From the IMG/VR virus record IMGVR_UViG_3300033149_002311, positions 25,265-89,264 of that record: DNA of 64,000 bases; one strand, given 5' to 3'. The translations under genes and the position numbers were made by a program. Below the pieces are notes generated by a model that was given only the letters and a program-made list of their open reading frames with translations, was not told the DNA's origin and made no database searches. The first letter of the stretch is position 1. Every line of letters starts with the position of its first letter. Shown here piece after piece: positions 45,879 through 55,655 of this stretch. This DNA is from a virus.

Positions 45879-46204
45879 ATTACCTCCTGACCGAAAAATA
45901 TTTTAACATGATGATCACCGCCCTCATCAGTAAATTTTTCAACATTAAATATCGGGGGCGCAGTACCATCAGGTAAAGTTACACTATCCTCAGGACCCAT
46001 AGATGGTATACCACCCACCCAACATTGAAGCCTAGATACAAGTTCAGAACCATCAGAACCACGGATTATCGTATCCTTATGAACAATTCTGGCAGAGTAG
46101 GGAGTAGGATCACCATAAGTAGGTACATTATATTCATCCCGACTAATTAATGGCCTGTGTACAACAGTAGCTGGCATCATATCTAGAAAATCGTTAATAG
46201 CCAT
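45875..46204 (-). CDS. head closure/stopper protein
   Basis: D.Y..PTY...I.TLPDG; neck-module order. Confidence 0.6.
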   Translation of the reverse strand: MAINDFLDMMPATVVHRPLISRDEYNVPTYGDPTPYSARIVHKDTIIRGSDGSELVSRLQCWVGGIPSMGPEDSVTLPDGTAPPIFNVEKFTDEGGDHHVKIFFGQEVI

Positions 46205-46206
46205 TT

Positions 46207-46569
46207 TTAAATACTCGGTACTGTAGTTAATGAATCCCGGATAAACCATTCAAAAAATTCAGAGCCATACCGGTTTGTACCATCCCCAACCCACATTATA
46301 CCCCGGTACATACCGACTGTCAATAGATCATTTTCATGCCACACATATTGGGTTATACCACTAGAAGGTGTTGGTACAGATGATACTCCTTGACCAAGAT
46401 TTCCAGGGTCAACGCCATCATCAATTCTAATTATCTCAAATTGAGCAGTGAACCCCGATAAATCTAAAATAGCCCCAGCATCATTTTTAAAACTTATTTG
46501 CAAAGCTTGCGGGATTTCACCTTTAAGATATGCGCCAATCATTTGTTGTGTAGTGTATATAGCAGCCAT
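46207..46569 (-). CDS. BppU-N-like virion protein
   Basis: KG......I...G...DLSG.T.....G...Y.W...DL...G.Y. Confidence 0.55.
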   Translation of the reverse strand: MAAIYTTQQMIGAYLKGEIPQALQISFKNDAGAILDLSGFTAQFEIIRIDDGVDPGNLGQGVSSVPTPSSGITQYVWHENDLLTVGMYRGIMWVGDGTNRYGSEFFEWFIRDSLTTVPSI

Positions 46570-47693
46570 TATGATATTCCTGTATTTTTCGTACGATCTA
46601 ACCGCGTAGTTATAAACCCGGTGCCCGGTTCTGTAGACGTTAAACTTTTAGCTGGGTATGCTACTGTAACAGCTGAAACTACCGGCGCAGTGGTACTTAA
46701 TATTAAATCAACTACTGGTATAACTAAATTTATTGTAGTAGTTTCACCAATTATTGGAACAGATGTTGATAATAATAAATCAACTTGTGGGATTTCGATA
46801 TTAATATTAACCGGTACTGAAACAATAGGTGCAGTTGTTGAAATATTAAGGGCTGCAACTGGGATGATAACATCTATATTGATACCGATGCCAACTATCG
46901 GAGCAGATGTTGATAAAACTAAATCAACCGTTGGGGTCTCAATATCAATAACAGCGCTAACACCAACTGTCGGAGCGGATGTTGATAAAATCAAATCAAC
47001 TGCTGGGATATCAATACTAACGTGGGCCGTAGTAAATACAACTGGGGCCGCTGTTGATAACACTAAATCAACTGTGGGGGTCTCAATACCTGTACCCAAT
47101 AATACTACAGGTGCGGTAGTTGGTAATAATAAGTTAACTACCGGGACTTCAATATTTCTATTTTCAGTGGTTAGTGCTGCTGGTGCAACCGTTGATAAAA
47201 CTAAATTTGTAGCTGGTATTATAATATCAATACCAGCACTAATTTCCACCGATGGAGCAGTTGTTAAAAATGTTAAATCGGTAACAGGTACTTCAATGTC
47301 TACATGATCAGTAATGACTACCGTCGGGGCTGTTGTAGAAAGCGTCAAACTAGCAACAGGTACTTCAATGTCTACATGATCAGTAATGACTACCGTCGGG
47401 GCTGTTGTTAATAAGGAGAGGTTCACTACTGGTATATTAATACCTATCCCAACTGAAGGAGCAACAGTTGTTAAAGTAAGATTTACAGCAGGAACCTCAA
47501 AACTAATACCAACCGATGTCACATCTACGGTTGGTGCTGTTGTTGATAAAATTAAATTAGAACTTGGTACTTCTATAGATACACCAGCAGGTGATGCCTC
47601 ATTAAAATACCCACCCCCAGGAATTAGGTATTCATTACCATCATCAGCAACTTCATAGTAGCCGACACTAGGGATTAGGATTACATCGGCCAT
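46569..47693 (-). CDS. repeat-rich (Val/Thr/Ile/Pro) virion fibre-like protein
   Basis: About 14 imperfect 20-24-aa repeats I.VP.V.L.LSTTAP.V. Confidence 0.7.
   Translation of the reverse strand: MADVILIPSVGYYEVADDGNEYLIPGGGYFNEASPAGVSIEVPSSNLILSTTAPTVDVTSVGISFEVPAVNLTLTTVAPSVGIGINIPVVNLSLLTTAPTVVITDHVDIEVPVASLTLSTTAPTVVITDHVDIEVPVTDLTFLTTAPSVEISAGIDIIIPATNLVLSTVAPAALTTENRNIEVPVVNLLLPTTAPVVLLGTGIETPTVDLVLSTAAPVVFTTAHVSIDIPAVDLILSTSAPTVGVSAVIDIETPTVDLVLSTSAPIVGIGINIDVIIPVAALNISTTAPIVSVPVNINIEIPQVDLLLSTSVPIIGETTTINLVIPVVDLILSTTAPVVSAVTVAYPAKSLTSTEPGTGFITTRLDRTKNTGIS
47283..47408. repeat. 54-nt exact direct repeat, 72-nt period
   Basis: 47283-47336 identical to 47355-47408. Confidence 0.9.
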
Positions 47694-48974
47694 TTATGTC
47701 ACCACAAAGGCAGGGTCAGCCCACAATGTATAACTAGCTTTTGTTATATTGATCCAAACTTCGGCCACGGCATTATCACCCGTTTCGGAAGTTGTGACGG
47801 CCATTTCCTGCTCGTTATTGTCTGTAAGGTCTTCTGTCCATACTTCTGAACTGGTTATGATATCGGACGGTGAAAGTACGTCACCTAGTGAATTCTCTAC
47901 CCATCCCTTGTTAGTCGTATCATCTTGATATACCAAATCAATAAATACTTCATCATCTGTAAGATTAGCTGCAGAGTCATGTAATATTTGCACTGTTACT
48001 GTTTTAGCTGTTGACGCATCCAAACGAACCATGCCCAACTTAACTCTGAATGGCTCAATGAAAGAGGCATTTGCAGTGGTGATTATCTTTTTAGAAAATG
48101 AAGTTGTACCATCACTTGCATTTAAATAGGTAGTAGTGTCAACCTCTGCCTTCCCGGAATAAGACATAAGAATATCTTCAAGATTATTATCACCACTGCT
48201 GCACCCTGATAAGATTATTTCGTCCAATAAGCTAAGAGCAGCGCTCGACTCATTGGTGTATGTACCTAAATCAACATTACTAAGATATAGATGAGCATCT
48301 CCTGCTGCATTCTCCAAAAGATTAGTACAATCTGGTAATGATCCTCCGCGCATAGTTACTGTTTGAGAAGCCGATCCCGCGCGAAAAATGCTTGTTACTG
48401 TTCCTCCTGCTGTTATATTTGTCCCAATCAACTCCAAATGACACCTAATAGAGGTTGTTTGTGCTCTGAAAAAACTAGTAAGATTATTGATAGAATGAAT
48501 AGTACAATAATGAAGCTTCGTTAATTTGTCAGCAGCAGAAGCTAACCAACCAAACTGGGCACCACCACTTACCGTTCCGATATGAAGTAAGCATTTATAG
48601 AAATTAGAATCATTACCCCACATATCATCAGCAGCTTTAAACGTCATAGAATGACAAATCGCATTGGTAATCGATAAATCAGCGCCAGCCGTTGTGCATT
48701 CTTCTATCGCACCGAAACTTTCAACATCACAATTTGCATCGTCGGCGCCGACTATTCTGGCTAATGTGATTAATGCCTGACTTGTGCCGTAATCGTGGTC
48801 GTGAACATCTGAGCAAATAATAAAATCACCAGAGCCAGCTCCATCTGTTATTGCTAACGTAATAGTTGCATAAACGTTGCCAACACCTAACGATGAATAA
48901 GCACCTGTTTGTTTTGTGGTGCCACCGCCTGCAATGCGTGTGCCATAACTTGATTTAACGTAGAAATATGCCAT
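47694..48974 (-). CDS. virion structural protein (beta-helix-like)
   Basis: 426 aa, Thr/Ala/Gly rich; structural-module position. Confidence 0.55.
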   Translation of the reverse strand: MAYFYVKSSYGTRIAGGGTTKQTGAYSSLGVGNVYATITLAITDGAGSGDFIICSDVHDHDYGTSQALITLARIVGADDANCDVESFGAIEECTTAGADLSITNAICHSMTFKAADDMWGNDSNFYKCLLHIGTVSGGAQFGWLASAADKLTKLHYCTIHSINNLTSFFRAQTTSIRCHLELIGTNITAGGTVTSIFRAGSASQTVTMRGGSLPDCTNLLENAAGDAHLYLSNVDLGTYTNESSAALSLLDEIILSGCSSGDNNLEDILMSYSGKAEVDTTTYLNASDGTTSFSKKIITTANASFIEPFRVKLGMVRLDASTAKTVTVQILHDSAANLTDDEVFIDLVYQDDTTNKGWVENSLGDVLSPSDIITSSEVWTEDLTDNNEQEMAVTTSETGDNAVAEVWINITKASYTLWADPAFVVT

Positions 48975-49507
48975 TACAAGAATGCCCCATTAATTTCAGT
49001 CCACCGATGTATAACCTCCAAATCTCGATACCACTGATTGGAGATTGCATCAACATAGCGATCATTAACTAAACCATACTCCTGGCTTGTTATACCAAGA
49101 TACGTAGCCCGTTGATTATTATTGGCTCCTTCGGTCTGAACGCGATCATAAACAGGCTGACAACTTAATAACGAATCTGTGTCAAGCAACATTGATGCGC
49201 CTAAAAAACGTCGATCAAAATCTATCTGTGTTTGGTGATCTGGCACCTTATCGGGATTACCATTCATAATGGCTACATTTATTTGCTGCTGCACTTCTTC
49301 CCATGCCAAATCGTTTTCTAGTACAGAGATAATCCCTAAACGTTCTGCTGAATATTCAACTTCAGTCCAGGCACCATTAACTTTTCTAGCACCACGAATA
49401 TGCACCTTCCCTAAATGATCAGTAAATTCATGGCGTATACTTCGCAAGCCACTTACTTGCGTGTCGCTATCTGCGATTGTTTGATTTGAAACTATGCTCA
49501 TCTGCAC
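48974..49507 (-). CDS. hypothetical protein
   Basis: 177 aa, TAATG-coupled. Confidence 0.55.
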   Translation of the reverse strand: MQMSIVSNQTIADSDTQVSGLRSIRHEFTDHLGKVHIRGARKVNGAWTEVEYSAERLGIISVLENDLAWEEVQQQINVAIMNGNPDKVPDHQTQIDFDRRFLGASMLLDTDSLLSCQPVYDRVQTEGANNNQRATYLGITSQEYGLVNDRYVDAISNQWYRDLEVIHRWTEINGAFL

Positions 49508-49965
49508 GCCCCCATTACCCGTCTACAAATCCTGTTAAGTCTGGATTTTATTGTTCCTAGCGCGACCCCGTATTTCTTCGCGAGTTCAGGCCCACTATAT
49601 CTAAGCACATATGACTGGAACAAAAGCCTGCGATGTTTGTGTGTGATATTTTCCGTAAGCATAAAAAACCAGATTAGATTGAATTGTTGCTCCTTCTCAA
49701 ACGGTTCGTCAGTAATCCCCACAACTTCCATTCTTGACTGTAGTTTTCTAGTTCTATCTATCTCTGCATTCTTTAATGTAACCCGGATGTAGGCACTAAC
49801 ATTTTTCGGCTGTTTATCTTCCCTCGAAACGTCCCACAAAGCGATCAACGCTTCCTGCTCTGCCTCTCGATCCGTGTAGCCCCAACTTCTTAGTACCTGT
49901 ATACCGATTGCCCGGATATTGGGTGTTGCTTTCAGAAGCTGGTTAAATGTCAGATTTGTACACAA
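49498..49965 (-). CDS. ECF-type sigma70-like factor
   Basis: AE..QEA.IALW (region 2-like), N..ID..RK, and ELAKKYGVALGTIKSRL.R (region 4). Confidence 0.7.
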   Translation of the reverse strand: MCTNLTFNQLLKATPNIRAIGIQVLRSWGYTDREAEQEALIALWDVSREDKQPKNVSAYIRVTLKNAEIDRTRKLQSRMEVVGITDEPFEKEQQFNLIWFFMLTENITHKHRRLLFQSYVLRYSGPELAKKYGVALGTIKSRLNRICRRVMGACR

Positions 49966-50486
49966 ATCGCCACCAGATGATTACCAAGTTCATCCTGGTA
50001 CGGAGTCATTCCGTCAGCATCAGTTTTCCATAAATAACGGTATTGCAGTGTTCTGGTCGTCGGTATCGCTAAAGCCCCACACGGTTCGCCAATTGTGGCG
50101 TATAGTGTTTTGTGTTCGATCAAATTGCCAGAAATAAACTTATAAGATGGCCTTTTAACCGCCGTAGGGTGGTGTTTGTGTACCACCCACTCAACAAGAT
50201 CTGGTGGGGGTAGTTGGATCACATTGGTGTCATTAATAATTGCGAGTTCTTCTTCATTTAAGATTCGCTGACTAGCCCCAAATATAAGCCCAAGCTCCCC
50301 GAGGGTAGCGGTTCCCTGCGGCCAACTGTCGTTGAAAGTCTTTAAGTTGAAAGCGCGATAGCCCATATTACAAACTACTGTGTCTACTACACGCACACAT
50401 TCGCCGACCGGAATAGCGGCAACAGCATTACTGCTCCCACCACCAATTAGGATCAATAGAAAAACCCAAAAATAGTTTTTCATCAC
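49950..50486 (-). CDS. secreted/membrane-anchored hypothetical protein
   Basis: AAGGAG SD; N-terminal signal-like segment. Confidence 0.55.
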   Translation of the reverse strand: MMKNYFWVFLLILIGGGSSNAVAAIPVGECVRVVDTVVCNMGYRAFNLKTFNDSWPQGTATLGELGLIFGASQRILNEEELAIINDTNVIQLPPPDLVEWVVHKHHPTAVKRPSYKFISGNLIEHKTLYATIGEPCGALAIPTTRTLQYRYLWKTDADGMTPYQDELGNHLVAICVQI

Positions 50487-50508
50487 ATCACTCCTTATTA
50501 TATTACAG

Positions 50509-50964
50509 TTAAGTTAACTCAAAGATACCAGTTGCACTTGGCGTCACTGTTAATGTATTGCCGTCAGTGACAGTAAACTGACTAGTTGAAAGTTGTGAAC
50601 TTGCAACTAATCTCTGAACACCGGCAGATGCACCCGTGGTTAAGTCATATAATACTGCAAACTTGGCATTAACAATACTACCACCTGAAGCGGACCAAAT
50701 AGTTGCAGTGGCATCAAACCGCATCACACCCGCGGATGCACCCTCTGCCCAAGTTATACCCAACAATGACTTACCACCCGCTGCATAGCCATTTGCTGCA
50801 GAAACTTCATTCGTCACCTGACTGCGTGTAGATAAAGTTGCTATTGCTGCATTTGATGCACTAGTGAATAAAGCCAACATAAAAGTATCACCATCAAGAT
50901 CGATAGTGTTATCGGCCATATACTCCCGAAATTTATTGTAAATAATCCACGCTTGTGCTGCCAT
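50509..50964 (-). CDS. virion structural protein
   Basis: IDLD.DT...AL...NEVS..NGY..GG...GIF.L pattern; AGGAGG SD. Confidence 0.65.
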   Translation of the reverse strand: MAAQAWIIYNKFREYMADNTIDLDGDTFMLALFTSASNAAIATLSTRSQVTNEVSAANGYAAGGKSLLGITWAEGASAGVMRFDATATIWSASGGSIVNAKFAVLYDLTTGASAGVQRLVASSQLSTSQFTVTDGNTLTVTPSATGIFELT

Positions 50965-50965
50965 T

Positions 50966-52450
50966 TTAATTACCTCCTATGGTTAATTTTTCGCTAAGTT
51001 TAGCACCTTCTTTCATCATATGTGCGATTAATCCATTACCATGAACATTTAATTCAAATTTGTCACCTAAAGATATGATAAACCGTTGAAAATCTTCAAA
51101 TTGACTGGCCATCCATGCAGCGCACTTAAACGTTTTTCCCATACATACTAAATCATGTACTTCACATTCATCATTTTCTATTTGGTTGTATGCATGGTGT
51201 TCACCCCCCATGTAACAAGAATCAAACCCATATACTTCCATTTTTTTGAAACCCAGCATTCTCATCATCCAAATAGTTCTAAGAACTACTGTTGATCCAC
51301 CAACTACGAAATAATACTTACCAAAATAATGATTATCTAATATTTCTTTCTCCCCCATCTCATTTAAAACATGGAAAATTTGAACGTTCTGACCTTCCAG
51401 TGCATCAAATACATCAGGGTGGCATTGAGATGCCATTAAATATTTACATGTATCGATTGGGTTTTGCACAAATCTAACATTATGCTGCCTAGCGTCTACC
51501 ATTACATGCACAGACGGCTTAAACCCTCTTTCTACCAACCAATCATGTGTATTATTAACTGCCACCAACATATAACCCTCTTCCTCAACTTGTCGACGTA
51601 ATTCAGGTAGGGTGTCATTAAGAGATGGGCCGCCAGCAACAATTGCGATCTTTTGTTTATCATTGATTTCATAGGGTTTTACCTGAGGTAGTTGACGTTT
51701 AACATTAACACGGACATTTTCTAAAATATCCGCAATATTGGCGTTCATACCCATATTAATCTTAAGACGCTTTTTCCCCCATAACTCGGGCTGGATCACA
51801 GAATTAACCTTTAGATCGTCCCAACTTAATCCATCAGTTTGTTCAACAACTATCTTAAATGAACTGATATCACCCCTGATCAATGCATTTGCATCAACCT
51901 CGATAACATTAGCACTTGATTTCTTCAATGCTTCCATCCGGTTTAAATAACAATCTACCCATACTGCCCAGAATTCCCGATCGCGCGGGCCATATTTGGG
52001 GGTATTCATAAAGGGGGTTCGACAACAGGAATCGATCAACTCTTCGCGATCCCGGCGCACCACTACCCACGTAGCATCTGGGTATGAATGATGCCAATCA
52101 CGCCACATCAGGAGCAGTTTAGCATCCTTATACATCCACGGAGGCCCCTTAGGTATCTCGAAGTAACCATCGTCTACTAGTAGTCTATCAACAAGAGATT
52201 TGAGGTTAACGCCCGATGAGATATCATGGGGGGGCAGGGGGTGTATACCAAGATGATCCGCACCCAACATAGATAATGCAGTCTTCATAAGACCATCACG
52301 CAAATAACGATTTTCATAAAATCCATTCAGGTTTTCAGAACTGCCGGGTTCAGTTGTACCAGACCAAGCGCCACACTCATGTAAAAGATGGGCAACCATG
52401 GAGGTACCAGAACGGGCCACACCCGTCACAAATATTGGTTGTGGGGTCAT
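50966..52450 (-). CDS. sulfotransferase-like domain fused to DUF115/Maf-like domain
   Basis: N-terminal TGVARSGTS PAPS loop, N..GFYE, KD; C-terminal AGGPSL, VN, VD.R, ASQC.P, GGSTV, YGFDSC. Confidence 0.75.
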   Translation of the reverse strand: MTPQPIFVTGVARSGTSMVAHLLHECGAWSGTTEPGSSENLNGFYENRYLRDGLMKTALSMLGADHLGIHPLPPHDISSGVNLKSLVDRLLVDDGYFEIPKGPPWMYKDAKLLLMWRDWHHSYPDATWVVVRRDREELIDSCCRTPFMNTPKYGPRDREFWAVWVDCYLNRMEALKKSSANVIEVDANALIRGDISSFKIVVEQTDGLSWDDLKVNSVIQPELWGKKRLKINMGMNANIADILENVRVNVKRQLPQVKPYEINDKQKIAIVAGGPSLNDTLPELRRQVEEEGYMLVAVNNTHDWLVERGFKPSVHVMVDARQHNVRFVQNPIDTCKYLMASQCHPDVFDALEGQNVQIFHVLNEMGEKEILDNHYFGKYYFVVGGSTVVLRTIWMMRMLGFKKMEVYGFDSCYMGGEHHAYNQIENDECEVHDLVCMGKTFKCAAWMASQFEDFQRFIISLGDKFELNVHGNGLIAHMMKEGAKLSEKLTIGGN

Positions 52451-53055
52451 TAGTTCACCTCCTTTTCTACATAATACATGCCATTCGAGATTAAATCCCG
52501 TGCGTCGACGACATTACCTAATTCAGCTAGTTTATCACGCCACCACAAAAATGGTTTTACTGTTAAATGTAAAGGTGAACCAATAATTTGACCAAAACTG
52601 TCCGGTACCAAACAGATATAGAAAAAAGCACCTCTTTTACAGGTGTTAATAATATTTTGGAGGGTAGCCATTACATATTCAGTTGGGATATGCTCCATCA
52701 CATCACAACAATAAGCATAATCATAATCATGGGCGTGGCTCACCATGGCTGGTGAATCCCATAAATTGATTTCAAAAAAATTGAGATTTACCATATTAGA
52801 TATGCTATTCCGAACCTCATCATCCATCGATTGATTGGTAATATCCAACATCGTAACGCCGTAATCCTCTTTTGCCAATGCTAAACTAGCACGTGCCGTG
52901 CCGCTACCACAATCTACTATGCTACTAAATTCAAACGGTTTAACAATCTTTTTAAAAGCATTTAGACTATTTTCACCGGGGGAATGAATTCTATACCCAT
53001 CCGTGTCCCAACATTTTTCATACTTCTTTTTCTCTTCTTGATGTGTATTACCCAT
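52450..53055 (-). CDS. class I SAM-dependent methyltransferase
   Basis: VDCGSGTAR, CCDVMEHIP, LHLTV. Confidence 0.8.
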   Translation of the reverse strand: MGNTHQEEKKKYEKCWDTDGYRIHSPGENSLNAFKKIVKPFEFSSIVDCGSGTARASLALAKEDYGVTMLDITNQSMDDEVRNSISNMVNLNFFEINLWDSPAMVSHAHDYDYAYCCDVMEHIPTEYVMATLQNIINTCKRGAFFYICLVPDSFGQIIGSPLHLTVKPFLWWRDKLAELGNVVDARDLISNGMYYVEKEVN

Positions 53056-53125
53056 TTTTGCGCTCCTTAATTCGCTAATTACCTAACAAGTAAAATTTAT
53101 CATACCTATTTTTGTCAATCCCCAT

Positions 53126-53698
53126 TTAAACGGTCGGCCTAGGTGTATGCTGATACCAATGCAGAGTGATGGACGCCCGCATGGTTTGCCCACCAATATT
53201 AGTTATTCGTATTAAATGTGTACCAGGACCGGGTACGAATTCACCGAAACCACCTACCACCCCGCCTGCTGCATTACCACCAGAACCACCCGGAATATAT
53301 TCTGCAGGGTATGGGTCCCCCAAATCGGTAATAACCGGGTCGTGGTGTAGTGCTATATTGGATTCAACCATAGAATAGTAAGCCCTATTCCTTATAATAG
53401 CCAACGAGCCCACATTACTCGCTGTAACATTAGTAAAGAATTGTAATTCTGAATCCCTACCAACACTAACATTGTACAATAGATGTGGTGAATTATCGGG
53501 GGATATAGTGATAAGTAAATCAGCATATCCATCAGCCGCTATTATATCCCCCCATAAATGCCCCCCGATAAATGTCGTACCATCATGTGTTCTTAAATGG
53601 AAAACATCTATAACGGGTAAAGGCCAATCTGAACCGACTGGCCTTTTAAATTTAAGGTCTTGATCTTCGTAATAAATTGGTGCGGCCATATTATTCAA
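53126..53698 (-). CDS. hypothetical virion-associated protein
   Basis: 190-aa ORF. Confidence 0.55.
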   Translation of the reverse strand: MNNMAAPIYYEDQDLKFKRPVGSDWPLPVIDVFHLRTHDGTTFIGGHLWGDIIAADGYADLLITISPDNSPHLLYNVSVGRDSELQFFTNVTASNVGSLAIIRNRAYYSMVESNIALHHDPVITDLGDPYPAEYIPGGSGGNAAGGVVGGFGEFVPGPGTHLIRITNIGGQTMRASITLHWYQHTPRPTV

Positions 53699-53713
53699 CC
53701 ACCATGGTGTTCA

Positions 53714-54658
53714 TCAGTATGCTACACACTTCTCACAAACCGTCCCGGTTAAGTCTTTCTTTAAATGAGCCCTTCGAACCTCCTGAAATTTCTCTGAATT
53801 CCAAGCATCCATGAAAGATTCTTTTTTGAGGTCCCCAACTACAAAACGTCCATCCGCATCAAAACAACATAAGGAAAGTCCCCCGTCGGCCCTTACATGA
53901 CCTTCTGTGAACGCGCTCCAACAAGGAAGAGGTGGCCTTAATTGCCCCAACCGCCCTTGATTACCGGCAGTAGGACGATAACCTAGTTCTGCCTCTCTTT
54001 GAGTGGCTACAGAACCCATTGAATAAAGCGGTAGCCAATAATGTTCATCAATATAGGGTCTAACTTTCTCATCCAGCAAAGCCTCCATTTTTCCCTGCTG
54101 CTCCCCATCATATTTAATAGAAGAAGCATAAAGACCACATTTATGATTACCCCTGATCTCAAATGCAGCTTTCATATTAGCAAAAGCATTACCATAGAGT
54201 TTTGGCTTAACACCCATAACTTCCTTAAATTGGGCATCATCAGAGGCATTGATAGACCATTTCAGTGAATCAAGCCCTGCCTCCATGCATTTTAATACCA
54301 TATCAGGGAAAGCAATAGAGGCATTAGATGTTAGGAAAACATAGGGAATTTTAGCAACCTGTTTAGTAAAACGAATAGCCTCTACTAGAATATCGGGGGA
54401 CATGAATGATTCCCCCAAGTAGAAAACGCCTATCTCTTGTACCCCGGCATCCGCCATTTCCATGACGATCCGTTTATATAAATTGATATCCATATCTGTA
54501 TTTAATTGTTTATCCCTCGTCCTTAAAGCACAAAATCCGCACCGGTAATTACACTTATTAGTAAGTTCAATTTTTACTGACTTTGGGGCTGGTAGGATAG
54601 AGCGAAAATCTTCTACTTTGGTAATTGAATCAATCCTGTCAGTAATCATTATTATCAC
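53714..54658 (-). CDS. radical SAM/SPASM domain protein
   Basis: CNYRCGFC cluster motif; C-terminal C...DG...CC.D...C..C. Confidence 0.9.
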   Translation of the reverse strand: MIIMITDRIDSITKVEDFRSILPAPKSVKIELTNKCNYRCGFCALRTRDKQLNTDMDINLYKRIVMEMADAGVQEIGVFYLGESFMSPDILVEAIRFTKQVAKIPYVFLTSNASIAFPDMVLKCMEAGLDSLKWSINASDDAQFKEVMGVKPKLYGNAFANMKAAFEIRGNHKCGLYASSIKYDGEQQGKMEALLDEKVRPYIDEHYWLPLYSMGSVATQREAELGYRPTAGNQGRLGQLRPPLPCWSAFTEGHVRADGGLSLCCFDADGRFVVGDLKKESFMDAWNSEKFQEVRRAHLKKDLTGTVCEKCVAY

Positions 54659-55076
54659 TCTCTACATTATTAGATGGGTTATCATTCATTCCCTTAGTGA
54701 ACATAGGATCAGCACGATCTGAATTATCCCTCACAGAGTCCTTATCTGATACACTTATACCACCAGCATAAGCAATTGGAGCATATAAATTAGCATCAGA
54801 CTCCTCAAGAAATGTAGCCAAATCAACATAATGCTTATAGATTTGGCTGTATGATATCTTGAGGTCACCAACTGTTTTATCGACTTTTCTGGCATATTTA
54901 CCAGCTAGAGTTCTAACGATTCGAATTGCTGCTAAACGATTATTTGCTTCATTAGCGATAGCATATGCAATTTCCTCATCTTGAACTATTTTATCAGCAT
55001 TATCGGTATCACCAATTAAAAATCTAACTTCATCCCTATTATTAGCGCTAGGGTCGCCGGTGTATGTCCAAGTCAT
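54639..55076 (-). CDS. head-tail adaptor protein
   Basis: WTY.GDP....RD.VRFLIGDT......DEEI. Confidence 0.8.
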   Translation of the reverse strand: MTWTYTGDPSANNRDEVRFLIGDTDNADKIVQDEEIAYAIANEANNRLAAIRIVRTLAGKYARKVDKTVGDLKISYSQIYKHYVDLATFLEESDANLYAPIAYAGGISVSDKDSVRDNSDRADPMFTKGMNDNPSNNVESDNNDY

Positions 55077-55334
55077 TTAATGTACTATCCCAGTATTTTG
55101 ATATAGGGAGCCAATAACAGCCAATAAAATTACAATGGTAGCCCCCGCTACTATTAACCATCGATTGAAATGTTTATTATCCATTTCATCTAATTTACGG
55201 AATATAGCCTTTTGTCCAGACGCGATTTCTGCATAACGTTGGGAACAAACCCTTTCGTAAGATTCAATTTTTACAAGGGCTTCCGTGGCTTTTTCCAAAG
55301 CTCTGGTATCTACATTATCTTGAGCAGGCATCAT
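55077..55334 (-). CDS. small membrane-anchored coiled-coil protein
   Basis: E.VC..RY pattern plus C-terminal TM helix. Confidence 0.55.
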   Translation of the reverse strand: MMPAQDNVDTRALEKATEALVKIESYERVCSQRYAEIASGQKAIFRKLDEMDNKHFNRWLIVAGATIVILLAVIGSLYQNTGIVH

Positions 55335-55643
55335 CTATCTACTAGCCCCATGTAAATTTACTTTAGTTATACCAGCCCCAGCTGTGAGTACTGCGCTGCA
55401 TGCATTACCTTTTGTAATAGATAAGCCTTTAGGGAACAATACTTCACGCTGCTGATGTACATGGCCTTCCCAAATTACGTCGGTGTCATCCCTGATTTGC
55501 AATAAAAGAATTTCAGCAGCCCCCACAGCACTAGCATCGACAGAATGTATAATGTGTTGCCTATTCACATCAGCTACTTTAGTCGCTGTTGCAACACCAG
55601 CAGATGCGGTTGCAGGCTCCACCCAACCAGTTTGTTCAGCCAT
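55335..55643 (-). CDS. hypothetical virion protein
   Basis: GAGGTG SD, 102 aa. Confidence 0.6.
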   Translation of the reverse strand: MAEQTGWVEPATASAGVATATKVADVNRQHIIHSVDASAVGAAEILLLQIRDDTDVIWEGHVHQQREVLFPKGLSITKGNACSAVLTAGAGITKVNLHGASR

Positions 55644-55655
55644 GAATCACCTCTG

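Noticed and set aside
46498-47307. 269-aa + strand ORF
   Set aside because: Antisense shadow of the repeat-rich virion gene, whose codon bias avoids stops on the opposite strand.
47283-47408. Diversity-generating retroelement TR/VR pair
   Set aside because: The copies are identical, tandem and in frame, and no reverse transcriptase is present.
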